This document shows, piece by piece, positions 14,921 through 23,813 of a stretch of 24,000 nucleotides of DNA. How positions within the stretch are numbered: position 1 is the first letter of the stretch; every line of letters starts with the position of its first letter. The translations under genes and the position numbers were made by a program. Origin of the DNA: Flavobacteriales bacterium (GTDB taxonomy: Bacteria; Bacteroidota; Bacteroidia; Flavobacteriales_D; Parvicellaceae); the NCBI GenBank assembly GCA_029243225.1, contig JAQWSL010000007.1, positions 20,790-44,789 on the forward strand, given 5' to 3'. The notes below the pieces were generated by a model. It did not search any database and was not told where the DNA came from. It worked only from the letters and a program-made list of their open reading frames with translations.

Positions 14921-16717
14921 TTAATATGTTTTTGCAATGGTTTTCGTTAGAAAACCTTTGTTTGTCACAATTGAAACAATATAAATTCCTGAATTAAAAC
15001 CTTGTAAATTTATTTTCGAAGAATTACTATTAAAATCTTTGATAGTCACAATTTTTTTACCTGATATGTCGAAAATATTTATTTCGTTAATTTCTAGATT
15101 AGAGCTCCAATTAATGAAAATTTCATTTTTTGTTGGATTTGGAAATACCGACCATAAGTTTTGAGTGAAATTTTCAATTCCTACTGTATATATATATGGA
15201 TTCGATGTATAAATGCAACCATCTGAATTTATTATACTTACAGTAAAGTCTCCAGAATTTTGAGGAAAATATGTTGCTGAATTAGCTCCAGAAATAGGCG
15301 TTCCATTATTGTTCCATTGAACAGTCCAACCTAATGGTGCTGATGTGAACAATTCTAAATTTGAGTTAATATCAATAACAGGGCTTGTTGCAGTTGAATC
15401 ACAATATACCGCATAAATAGTATCTGATGATGTACCACAGCCATAATTGTTAAAAGCAATTAGGTGGTAATATCCTGAGTTTTCAATTGTATCTGTCGGG
15501 GAAGTGTGTCCTGCAATAATAGTGTCGTTCACATACCATTGTAAGCCGTACTGTGTAGAATCTGTAGATAAAACGTATAAATTGTTGTCAAATTCAATGT
15601 TGGGTTGTCCGGGAACATCATAAATCTGAATAGTATCATTGCTTAATATCGATGGTGATGGTAAGATTTGTAAATAATCTATAGTATAAGTAACATCTGC
15701 ATAGCTGCCAGCCGAACAATTTGAACAAGAATTTAGATTGATGTTATGAGATCCTATGTAATCATCTGATCCATAAGTGAATTCAGCTGTATTGGATTGA
15801 GCAGCAGATTCATCAGCATCCATTACAGAAATTTCATAAGTTTTGTTTGGGTCAAGATTAATGTTCATTGTCCAGGTAATGGGGCCGTTATTATTATATT
15901 CAAATGTTGACTGGTAAATTAAGTTCCCATCTTCGTAAAGTATGAAATAGGGGTCTGGCATATTTCCATTTAACAATTCCCATCCCCAAGGAGCACCTGT
16001 CCAACTTTCAGTAACATTTTCAATAGTAAAGCTTGTTAGTGTATAAACATCGACAGTGTCAATACTATTGTATGCTTGATAAGTAACATGGTATTCTCCA
16101 GGAGAATTGTATTGTTGAGTCGATGGGTTTTCAGCTGTAGTAGTATTTCCATTATCAAAATCCCAAAAATAAGCAGCTAATCCAGGGTTGTTATTAGTAA
16201 AGTCAATACTTACTGGAAAGCAACCAGATGAATTGTTCATTGAAAAACCAGAATTACCAGAGCCAGGGTTGTTTTGATTCACAGCCATAAAAACAGAAAA
16301 TGAAATTGGAATGTTATTTATTGTTTGACCAGAGGCAATAACATTAACAAGGATGCTAACTTCGATATCATAGTTTCCAGCTAATAAGGGTGTTCCAAAG
16401 ATGTTTATACAGCCATATATGTTACTCTGAGGGTCATAATTACAACCACCTGCAGAGTTGTCACATTCCCAGTCTAATCCAACAGGGAGTGCAATGTTGA
16501 CAATTTGAAAGTTTGTAATAGTTGCTCCCATTGTGTCTAAAATCATAACAAAGGTAACATCTTCACTATATGGATTTCCGATAAATCCATCTGGCAAAGA
16601 GTCAGGATAAATTCCAGGTTGAGTATATGAATAATCTATCGTACATGTTTGAGAATAGAATAAATTAGAATTAAAAATTGAAAAAACAAGAAGTAAAAAT
16701 GCTATAAATTTTTTCAT
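14921..16717 (-). CDS. Cell-surface/secreted PKD-domain protein with a T9SS type A C-terminal sorting domain (adhesin-like)
   Basis: Signal peptide MKKFIAFLLLVFSIFNSNLFYSQ. PKD-like segment YFWDFDNGNTTTAENPSTQQYNSPGEYHVTYQAYN. Cys-rich Ig-like repeats. C-terminal type A CTD. Confidence 0.85.
   Translation of the reverse strand: MKKFIAFLLLVFSIFNSNLFYSQTCTIDYSYTQPGIYPDSLPDGFIGNPYSEDVTFVMILDTMGATITNFQIVNIALPVGLDWECDNSAGGCNYDPQSNIYGCINIFGTPLLAGNYDIEVSILVNVIASGQTINNIPISFSVFMAVNQNNPGSGNSGFSMNNSSGCFPVSIDFTNNNPGLAAYFWDFDNGNTTTAENPSTQQYNSPGEYHVTYQAYNSIDTVDVYTLTSFTIENVTESWTGAPWGWELLNGNMPDPYFILYEDGNLIYQSTFEYNNNGPITWTMNINLDPNKTYEISVMDADESAAQSNTAEFTYGSDDYIGSHNINLNSCSNCSAGSYADVTYTIDYLQILPSPSILSNDTIQIYDVPGQPNIEFDNNLYVLSTDSTQYGLQWYVNDTIIAGHTSPTDTIENSGYYHLIAFNNYGCGTSSDTIYAVYCDSTATSPVIDINSNLELFTSAPLGWTVQWNNNGTPISGANSATYFPQNSGDFTVSIINSDGCIYTSNPYIYTVGIENFTQNLWSVFPNPTKNEIFINWSSNLEINEINIFDISGKKIVTIKDFNSNSSKINLQGFNSGIYIVSIVTNKGFLTKTIAKTY
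14924..15157 (-). other. T9SS type A C-terminal sorting domain of the PKD protein
   Basis: LWSVFPNPTKNEIFINW...GIYIVSIVTNKGFLTKTIAKTY. Confidence 0.8.
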
Positions 16718-16872
16718 TATTTAGAGTGATAAATTCTATATAAAGCTAAAATATTTAAAGTAAAGTAAAAAATACAAGCTAAATATTTCAAAAAATGAAT
16801 GATTATAAAGTTGTAAATGTTTTATTTTTTCATCGACTAAAAAAATAAACTAAAGGCGTTTTGTTGTAGAAA

Positions 16873-17928
16873 TTAGAGATTATTTGTCTTAATAAATCCT
16901 TTGGATCCTCTAGATTTAAAAAGTGCATTTCTGGTATTTGCCCATTGAAACGAAATTTCAAATCCACCAGAATTTGCTTGGCTAATTTCTGAAACTGAAA
17001 GTTCGTAAAGCAATCCAATTTTACAACTTCCAAATTCAACCATAATTTGAGGCGCAATGGCATCTTTAAGGCGATGAATTAAGCCAAAGCCAAAGTATGA
17101 TTCTGTATATATTCCTGTGTATTTAGTTCCATTTCTAAGCCTTGCTTTCATCATGGCATTTATTAATAACATTTGATGAGGTCCTTGATTCATGAAAACA
17201 AAAGAAACTGCTGAAGCCCATTCAGAATTTGGTATATCAAGCTGCGCACCTGAATGAATTACAAGTTTAGCATCTAGCTTATCTTCATTACCATTAGAGA
17301 ATTTTAATTGAGGTTGAGAAACATGAAAATAAGCAACACCAGCATAGATATTGGATAGCTCATTTCTAGTTAAATTATTTTTTTTACCGCTATAACTGTA
17401 AAAAACTCCAGCGCCAAAATCTTCATGAAAGAAAGAAGAATTTGAAGAAGATTCATTAGAGTTAATGTTAGAATCAAAAGAAGTTCCGTCAAATTGGTTA
17501 CCCCAACTTAAATTGCCTAATTTTCCTGTTCTTTGTACTGCCCCCATTTGAATTGCTGCCGAAACAGTTTGATTTTCAGCAATTGGAATAATTCCGGAAA
17601 TGGAAAAATTTAGTTGGTTAATTCCAAATTGACCTTCACCTGCTATATCATTGAAAAAAGACAAACCTAATCCTAAATAACTCTTTTGTTTTCCGTTGTC
17701 ATTCTTTAAAAGATTCATGTCAAATGAAAATTGAGAAGTCATATAAGATTTATCAATGCCTAGCCACTGTTTTCTGTTCGATATAGTTACTCTTTCCCAA
17801 CCATTGAAAACACCTATTGATGCAGGGTTGATAAGTTGAGGTACAAAAGTGCTTTGAGCAAAATGTACATCTTGTGCTTTAAAATTAAAGCAGGTGAAAA
17901 TTAATAGTAAATAAATTAACTTTTTCAT
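16873..17928 (-). CDS. PorP/SprF-family type IX secretion system outer-membrane protein
   Basis: N-terminus MKKLIYLLLIFTCFNFKAQDVHFAQSTFVPQLINPASIGVFNGWERVTISNRKQWLGI is the canonical PorP/SprF opening (QD-HFSQ-like ... NPA ... YR.QW). The start ATG overlaps the TGA of the upstream type B CTD gene (ATGA at 17925-17928). Confidence 0.9.
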   Translation of the reverse strand: MKKLIYLLLIFTCFNFKAQDVHFAQSTFVPQLINPASIGVFNGWERVTISNRKQWLGIDKSYMTSQFSFDMNLLKNDNGKQKSYLGLGLSFFNDIAGEGQFGINQLNFSISGIIPIAENQTVSAAIQMGAVQRTGKLGNLSWGNQFDGTSFDSNINSNESSSNSSFFHEDFGAGVFYSYSGKKNNLTRNELSNIYAGVAYFHVSQPQLKFSNGNEDKLDAKLVIHSGAQLDIPNSEWASAVSFVFMNQGPHQMLLINAMMKARLRNGTKYTGIYTESYFGFGLIHRLKDAIAPQIMVEFGSCKIGLLYELSVSEISQANSGGFEISFQWANTRNALFKSRGSKGFIKTNNL

Positions 17929-20444
17929 CTTACAAGGGTTACTGTTCCTTTTTTAACTTCATTTTCACCATCATTGTAAATTACATTTGCTTTATAAACG
18001 TAAACTCCAGAATTAACTGGTTGATTATTGAAACTACCATCCCATAATATAGATGTAGACTGAGTGTTGAACATTAATTGTCCCCATCTGTCATAAATTG
18101 ATAAATTGAATTTAGCTACGTCAACCCCTGCAAAAATATCTAGTAAATCATTATTGTTATCGTTGTTTGGAGAGAAAGCAGAAGGAATGCTAATGCCATC
18201 ATAAGTAGGAGTAGGAGGTGAGCCTTCTAATCTAAAATGTCCAGTTATAGTTTGAGCTCCTGAAGCTTGAAAGTTTGCAAACGAAGAGTCAACTGCAGGG
18301 TTAAATGTTTCAGAAAGAGATGATTCCCAATAATCAAAAACATACCCAGCATTTGGACTTGAATTCACATTAATATCTATTCCACCAAAATAATTTCCAG
18401 TAAAGGGATAGGTGTCAATCCAAATCGAATTAACTTTTATGTTTCCTGAAAGTGGAGGAGCAACTTCAAATGTAATGTCATAAGGTCCCAAAAGGTTGTA
18501 ACAATCTACTAGCCCTGTATTAAGGGCTACACATCTTGCATTTATAAAATCTTTTAAATTCTGAACATTGTTATTCCAAGTAGCCATACTTCCGCCCCAT
18601 TTTGCAACTTGACCCGGCATTTCAGGTTCGATTAAAGCAATAAGACTGTCTAGATGATTTATCATATAATCACAACTATAAACAGTGTTTCCCAAATCAA
18701 TGTATCTAGAAATGTAAAATTGTTCAAATGTAGGATTGTCCATTAGTTTGACCAATATTTCAGTATGACCTTGTCCGCCAGGGTCTGGAAGTGATTCTGG
18801 ATTACAAGGGTCAGCGTTTGCAGATTGGTCAGGAATTCCGGTGTAGTTAATGTAATGACCAAATGTTGCATCCATATCCCAAAGTGTATATCTCCACTTT
18901 TTCTTGTCTCCGTCTGGGTTTAAACCCCTCCACCATGCAGTATTCCAGTTTAACCAATCCATACAAACAGTGTAGCTATTTAAGCAAAAATAATCGACTA
19001 AACTTTTCCAATTGTATAAGCTATCAACATAGTCAAAATTTGCTTGAATTGACATGTCGTTTGTTTGAATATAATTTAGTAGAGAATTCCAATCAGATTG
19101 AGCATTTGGAGATCCAAATTGTTGCCAAGTACCTCCCCAAGTTTTAAGGAATTGAATGTACTCAGGACTATTACTAAATTTTTCATCTTGATCATAATAC
19201 CTAGAAAGAAAATCATCATCATCTACTTTTTCACGAATTTCATAAACTCCCCAATATTCACCGTCTACATATAAAATACACGGTTCATAAGATCGTTCAT
19301 CTAGCCTTAAACCACCAACTTGAGATAAGGAGTGTACATAGGCATCTCTTATGTGTGCTCCGCCACTTTCAAATGAGATGTTGTCATTTGCAGCTGCTTT
19401 AATTATTAAACGCTGGTACTTATCTCTATCTTTCCCTCTAAAAATAGGGTGTTTGATGGCGTAGTTATAACCCTCTTGATCTTTCATTATAAAATCTATC
19501 CCTCTTTGATCATATGACCAGCTGTCATTTCCGTGTTTATTGTAATCTCCTGTTCCTTCGTCTATTAAAACTCCTGTACTTGCAAAATATTCAATTGCAC
19601 CATTAAAATTATCTGTAAAGGCATTCGAAAGATCATCATTTATAAAGTCAGTAATTTCATCACCACATATAGAGATGATAGCAATCGTGTGAGTAGTATT
19701 AATAAAATAAGTATTTGTTTCAATAAAACTATTTGGAATGTTTGGGTCAGAACTAATAGCGATAGCTCTAATCACTTTATTTGTGTTAACAGAGATTGCA
19801 CCATTTGCTATATTAGAAGTAGCATTTGGAATACTCCCATCTGTTGTATAATGAACATTCGTGTTAAAATCAGGACAGGTAATGTTTAATGAAATGGTAC
19901 CGCTATGGTACCCGGGATCCAAGTCAAAAATTGGAGTTGCAGCATATTCTAAAGATGAATTTGAATTTGGGCCATTCGGAGTTGAATTTGTGAAAAGTGA
20001 CCAATAGTTACTTCCATCACTAGTTCTTCCTCTTGAGTGATTTAGCTGACAGGGTAAGATTTGAACCTGATCAATAACAACACCATTTGGATCGGAAATT
20101 AAAATTTCTTCTGGTTTTGTTTGGGTTAGTTTAAAAGATGTATGTATAATTCCTCCCGTAAATTCATCTCTTCCAGAGCATACAACCATAATTCTTCCTC
20201 CGGCAGGAATTGTTCCTGAGCTAATTTGATACTTTATAATGTCTGTAGGTTTATCTGATAAATACCAACCTGTTAAATCTACAGGGTTTGTAGAATTATT
20301 GTAAAGTTCAAACCAATCTTCAAAATTTCCGTAATTATCTGCATAATTAGAATTATTTGATGCACAATACTCGTTAATTAAAACTTGACCATTAGAATTA
20401 AGTAAAATAAAAATTGAGAAAAGGAATGAGATTATTTTTTTCAT
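17925..20444 (-). CDS. CotH-kinase-family protein with an N-terminal lamin-tail domain (LTD) and a T9SS type B (gliding-motility-associated) C-terminal domain
   Basis: Signal peptide MKKIISFLFSIFILLNSNGQ. LTD opening VLINEYCASN...FEDWFELYNNSTNPVDLTGWYLSD. HYTTDGSIPN segment (chitobiase-C-like Ig domain, tentative). CotH-like core YVDGEYWGVYEIREKVDDD and LWDMDATFGH (nt 18861-18881 encode WDMDATF). Type B CTD at the C-terminus. Confidence 0.85.
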   Translation of the reverse strand: MKKIISFLFSIFILLNSNGQVLINEYCASNNSNYADNYGNFEDWFELYNNSTNPVDLTGWYLSDKPTDIIKYQISSGTIPAGGRIMVVCSGRDEFTGGIIHTSFKLTQTKPEEILISDPNGVVIDQVQILPCQLNHSRGRTSDGSNYWSLFTNSTPNGPNSNSSLEYAATPIFDLDPGYHSGTISLNITCPDFNTNVHYTTDGSIPNATSNIANGAISVNTNKVIRAIAISSDPNIPNSFIETNTYFINTTHTIAIISICGDEITDFINDDLSNAFTDNFNGAIEYFASTGVLIDEGTGDYNKHGNDSWSYDQRGIDFIMKDQEGYNYAIKHPIFRGKDRDKYQRLIIKAAANDNISFESGGAHIRDAYVHSLSQVGGLRLDERSYEPCILYVDGEYWGVYEIREKVDDDDFLSRYYDQDEKFSNSPEYIQFLKTWGGTWQQFGSPNAQSDWNSLLNYIQTNDMSIQANFDYVDSLYNWKSLVDYFCLNSYTVCMDWLNWNTAWWRGLNPDGDKKKWRYTLWDMDATFGHYINYTGIPDQSANADPCNPESLPDPGGQGHTEILVKLMDNPTFEQFYISRYIDLGNTVYSCDYMINHLDSLIALIEPEMPGQVAKWGGSMATWNNNVQNLKDFINARCVALNTGLVDCYNLLGPYDITFEVAPPLSGNIKVNSIWIDTYPFTGNYFGGIDINVNSSPNAGYVFDYWESSLSETFNPAVDSSFANFQASGAQTITGHFRLEGSPPTPTYDGISIPSAFSPNNDNNNDLLDIFAGVDVAKFNLSIYDRWGQLMFNTQSTSILWDGSFNNQPVNSGVYVYKANVIYNDGENEVKKGTVTLVR
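17928..18188 (-). other. T9SS type B C-terminal sorting domain (gliding motility-associated CTD)
   Basis: IPSAFSPNNDNNNDLLDIF...LSIYDRWGQLMF...WDGSFNNQPVNSGVYVYKANVIY. This matches the FSPNGDG.ND...I.I.NRWG..V......WDG......G.Y.Y pattern of type B CTDs. Confidence 0.85.
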
Positions 20445-20562
20445 TAAAAATTTGTTAATCGTTGGGGCTGTGTATACAATTAATAGACTTGTAAGTTAAG
20501 TGTTTAGTTGCTTAATTAGTAATGAATTTTATATGTAAATATACTATTAATTTAAAAAATCT

Positions 20563-20751
20563 CTAATTGGGGAAAATTGTCATGAATTTCACTTGTAATA
20601 TTGCATTAATGTATTGATAACCACTTATTTGTTTGTTTATTGATTTAATTAACTGGTCTAAATGGTTGTCTGAACATTGATTTAAGTTGTCATTAATGCT
20701 AAACATATTCCAAAAACTTTGAATAAAAGCTATTTTTTCAAATCGTGACAT
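20563..20751 (-). CDS. Hypothetical small protein (62 aa); doubtful
   Basis: The only ORF in the 400-nt gap between plsC and the CotH gene. Same strand as its neighbours, ATG start, no recognisable motif. Could be a chance ORF in AT-rich DNA. Confidence 0.25.
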   Translation of the reverse strand: MSRFEKIAFIQSFWNMFSINDNLNQCSDNHLDQLIKSINKQISGYQYINAILQVKFMTIFPN

Positions 20752-20843
20752 AATATTTTATACGTTGTTATCTTAAAAAAGATATTATCTATATAATAAA
20801 AACACAATTTTTTTGTAGGTGTTGTCTAGTGATCTAATGAATT

Positions 20844-21554
20844 TTAAATTTCATTTAAAAGATTAGCAACACTGTCTTGGGTTAATTGGGCAAGTTGCTC
20901 TGCTGAAAAATCAGGATAATCAATCGGATTTATAGGGTGACCAATATTTACATTTATTTTATGAGATCTTAACTTGAAACTACTTGGTGGGTTTACTTCT
21001 AAGGTACCTTTTATTGCTACAGGTACAATCGTTATGTTACTGTTCTTAGCAATGATAAAGCTTCCTCTTTTGAATAGATTTAATTCTCCATTTTTAGAAC
21101 GTGTTCCTTCAGGAAAAGTAACGACATTTCTACCGCTTAAAATTAGTTCTCCAGCTTTTTGCATACTAGACATGGCTTTTTCTGTATTTGAACGATCAAT
21201 AAAAATCATTCCTGCAGAACTTACATACCAACCAATGAAAGGAATTTTTTTCAACTCTTTTTTAGCGATAAAATGAATGGGTTTGTCCATAGAAATAAAC
21301 ATTGCTGGAATGTCATACATTGATTGGTGATTTGCACAATAAATCACAGGTTTTTCAAGTTTTGATATTCTATCTTTATTATGCAAATAAACTGGGGAAA
21401 AAACAATTGCACAGAGTAGTCTTGACCAAATGTTTTTTGCTATCCAAAATGAAAGGTTTTTAGAAATAATTAAAGCAAGTATTGCTAAAATTCCAGAGAA
21501 AATAATGGCTAAAAAGATAAATACCCATTGAATTAAATTAATAATTTTCCACAT
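20844..21554 (-). CDS. plsC: 1-acyl-sn-glycerol-3-phosphate (lysophospholipid) acyltransferase family protein
   Basis: N-terminal TM helix. HX4D catalytic motif in CANHQSMYD. Acyl-acceptor motif FPEGTRS. Starts 17 nt after the stop of the upstream alpha-oxoamine synthase gene. Confidence 0.85.
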   Translation of the reverse strand: MWKIINLIQWVFIFLAIIFSGILAILALIISKNLSFWIAKNIWSRLLCAIVFSPVYLHNKDRISKLEKPVIYCANHQSMYDIPAMFISMDKPIHFIAKKELKKIPFIGWYVSSAGMIFIDRSNTEKAMSSMQKAGELILSGRNVVTFPEGTRSKNGELNLFKRGSFIIAKNSNITIVPVAIKGTLEVNPPSSFKLRSHKINVNIGHPINPIDYPDFSAEQLAQLTQDSVANLLNEI

Positions 21555-21571
21555 GAATATTTATCTGTTAA

Positions 21572-22825
21572 CTAGTTATTAGTGTCTAAGACTTTTTCTG
21601 AATGGTATTCGCCAATATCTAATTTAGATTTTATTGCTTTGAATATTTTAATCGTGTAGTCTACATCATCAAGAGAGTGTGCTGCTGTAGGTATTAGTCT
21701 TAATAGTATCATTCCTTTAGGAACTACAGGATAAACAACAATAGAGCAGAACAAACTGTGATTCTCTCTAAGATCGAATGTTAAATTGGTTGCTTCACCT
21801 AAAGTTCCAGTTAGCATTACAGGTGTAACACATGAGTTTGTATTTCCTAGGCTAAATCCTGCATTTTTTAATCCGCTTTGCAAAGCATTGGTTATGGTCC
21901 AAAGTTTTTCTCTTTGTTCTTTTCCTTTTAAAAGTTCTAATCTTTTACGAGCCCCTACCACTAATGGCATTGGAAGAGATTTTGCAAAAATTTGAGATCT
22001 CATGTTGTAAGCTAGATAGTTAATGATGTCATCATTACTACAAATAAAAGCACCAACACTTGCCATAGATTTTGCAAATGTTCCAAAAAGGACATCAATC
22101 TCATCTTGAACGCCTTGGTGCTCTCCAGCTCCTTGTCCCGTTTCACCTAGAGTTCCAAAGCCATGAGCATCATCTACAAAAAGTCTAAATTCAAATCGTC
22201 CAGATTTTCTGTATTCTATAATTTCTTTTAGTTTTCCTTGATCACCACTCATTCCAAAAACCCCTTCAGTAACTACCAGAATACCTCCTCCAGTTTCTTC
22301 AGCTAGTTTAGTAGCGGTAACCATTTGCTTTTCAAAACTAACCATATCATTGTGAATGAAAACCTTTCGTTTACCTTGGTGAAGTCTTACTCCATCAACC
22401 ATGCAGGCATGAGATTCACTGTCGTAAACAATTACATCGTTTCTGTCAACAAGAGCTTCAATAGCAGACATGCAACCTTGGTATCCAAAATTCAATAAAT
22501 AGCAAGCATCTTTGTCCATAAAAGACGCTAATTCTTCTTCTAATTTTTCGTGTTCACTTGTTTGCCCTGACATCATTCTTGCACCCATTGGATAACCGAG
22601 TCCCCAACGTTTAGCAGCATCTGCATCAGCTTTTCTAACTTCAGGAAGATTTGAAAGCCCTAAGTAATTGTTGATGCTCCATGTAAGAACTTCCTTGCCT
22701 TTAAAGGTCATTCTAGGTGCAATGTCACCTTCAAGCTTAGGGAAAGTGAAATAACCGTGTGATTCCTTAGCATGCTGACCAAGAGGTCCTCTGTTGGCTT
22801 TAATTTTGTCAAAAATATCTCTCAT
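21572..22825 (-). CDS. PLP-dependent alpha-oxoamine synthase family enzyme (Kbl / serine palmitoyltransferase / cysteate-C-fatty-acyltransferase-like)
   Basis: SINNYLGLSN, DDAHGFG, and a PLP-lysine motif GTFAKSMASVG. The 417-aa length and the N-terminus (IFDKIKANRGPLGQHAKESHGYFTFPKLEG) resemble the conserved Bacteroidota SPT/CapB-like group as I recall it. Substrate cannot be assigned from sequence alone. Confidence 0.85.
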   Translation of the reverse strand: MRDIFDKIKANRGPLGQHAKESHGYFTFPKLEGDIAPRMTFKGKEVLTWSINNYLGLSNLPEVRKADADAAKRWGLGYPMGARMMSGQTSEHEKLEEELASFMDKDACYLLNFGYQGCMSAIEALVDRNDVIVYDSESHACMVDGVRLHQGKRKVFIHNDMVSFEKQMVTATKLAEETGGGILVVTEGVFGMSGDQGKLKEIIEYRKSGRFEFRLFVDDAHGFGTLGETGQGAGEHQGVQDEIDVLFGTFAKSMASVGAFICSNDDIINYLAYNMRSQIFAKSLPMPLVVGARKRLELLKGKEQREKLWTITNALQSGLKNAGFSLGNTNSCVTPVMLTGTLGEATNLTFDLRENHSLFCSIVVYPVVPKGMILLRLIPTAAHSLDDVDYTIKIFKAIKSKLDIGEYHSEKVLDTNN

Positions 22826-22990
22826 GATGTTGTTTTCTATGTGTCTTTAGTCTTGTAAGTAGGTTAATAATCGGCTAAATTAAAACACTTATATATCCCT
22901 TACAATACTATTGTCGTTTTTTATTAACATGTTGTAAATATTTATAGCTTACAATTTTATTTTCAATGGTGCGTTAGTTACTAAAAAAAT

Positions 22991-22998
22991 TATATTTG
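22991..22998 (+). promoter_or_regulatory. Candidate Bacteroidetes sigma-A -7 promoter element (TAnnTTTG) upstream of bamD
   Basis: TATATTTG is an exact match to the TAnnTTTG consensus and ends 7 nt before the bamD ATG (23006). That would imply a leaderless or near-leaderless mRNA. I found no convincing -33 TTG partner. Confidence 0.3.
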
Positions 22999-23005
22999 CA
23001 AACGC

Positions 23006-23812
23006 ATGAAATATTTCAAATTCTTATCTATCTTCTTAGTATTCACTTTTTTAGTGGGATGTTCTGATTATAGTAAAATTGTAAAAGGAACGGATTACAA
23101 TTTAAAATATGAAACAGCTGTAGATTGTTATAATAATGGCGATTGTTTCAAATCACTTCCTTTATTCGAGGAGTTAATGTCTTATTTTAAAATGACAGAC
23201 AAAGGTGAAGATGTGTATTATTACTATGCCAAGACACAATTTTGTTTGAATGATTATTATTTAGCAGGTTATTATTTTAAAAGGTTTTCTAAGAATTTTC
23301 CCAATAGTGATCGAGCAGAAGAATGTTCCTTTAACAGTGCGATTTGTTACATGAAAAATTCTCCAGATTTTTATTTAGATCAGTCAGACACCTATAAATC
23401 GATAGATGAGTTTCAGTTATTTATGAATAGATATCCTCAAAGTCCTCTGGTTGATAGTTGTAATGTTTTGATTAAAGCTCTAAGAGCTAAATTAGAGCTT
23501 AAAAGTTTTGAAAAATCTAATTTGTATTTTAAAATGGAAAAATACCGTTCTGCAGTCATAGCTTTTAATTCAACTTTAGAGCAATTTCCAGATACAAAAT
23601 ATAGAGAAAAAATACTTTTTATGATTGTTAAGGCGAATTATATGTTTGCTTCCAATAGCATTGACAAGAAAAAAACAGAAAGATTTGAAGCAACTATCGA
23701 TTCTTATCTTACCTTTGTGGACTCTTTTGAAAAAAGTGATTATTTAAAGACTGCAGAGTCTTATTATAATTCTTCTTTAAGAGAAATTGAAAAACAGAAT
23801 AATTTAAATTAG
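23006..23812 (+). CDS. bamD: Outer membrane protein assembly factor BamD (TPR lipoprotein)
   Basis: Lipoprotein signal with lipobox LVG-C (FLVGCSDY). TPR-like helical repeats with the NFPNSDRAEE and RYPQSPLVD segments typical of BamD/YfiO. Followed by rpoZ, as in most Flavobacteriia. Confidence 0.85.
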   Translation: MKYFKFLSIFLVFTFLVGCSDYSKIVKGTDYNLKYETAVDCYNNGDCFKSLPLFEELMSYFKMTDKGEDVYYYYAKTQFCLNDYYLAGYYFKRFSKNFPNSDRAEECSFNSAICYMKNSPDFYLDQSDTYKSIDEFQLFMNRYPQSPLVDSCNVLIKALRAKLELKSFEKSNLYFKMEKYRSAVIAFNSTLEQFPDTKYREKILFMIVKANYMFASNSIDKKKTERFEATIDSYLTFVDSFEKSDYLKTAESYYNSSLREIEKQNNLN

Positions 23813-23813
23813 A

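Noticed and set aside
16830-17063. 77-aa minus-strand ORF overlapping the 3' end of the PorP/SprF gene in another frame
   Set aside because: It lies almost completely within the PorP/SprF CDS, whose family assignment is strong. It has no motif and no independent start context.
18863-19889. Plus-strand ORFs 18863-19147 and 19689-19889 inside the CotH-family gene
   Set aside because: Antisense to a supported CDS with no motifs, so most likely chance ORFs.
17925-20444. CotH homology as an indication of sporulation genes
   Set aside because: The T9SS CTDs, PorP/SprF and BamD context point to Bacteroidota, which do not form endospores. The CotH fold is widely distributed outside spore formers.
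20974-21995. Plus-strand ORFs 20974-21276 (inside plsC) and 21786-21995 (inside the alpha-oxoamine synthase gene)
   Set aside because: Antisense to CDSs with clear catalytic motifs (HX4D, PLP-lysine). No support of their own.
22853-22905. 7-bp inverted repeat TTGTAAG ... CTTACAA, about 39 nt apart, in the divergent region between the alpha-oxoamine synthase gene and bamD
   Set aside because: Too short and AT-rich to distinguish from chance, and I recognise no riboswitch-like conserved core.
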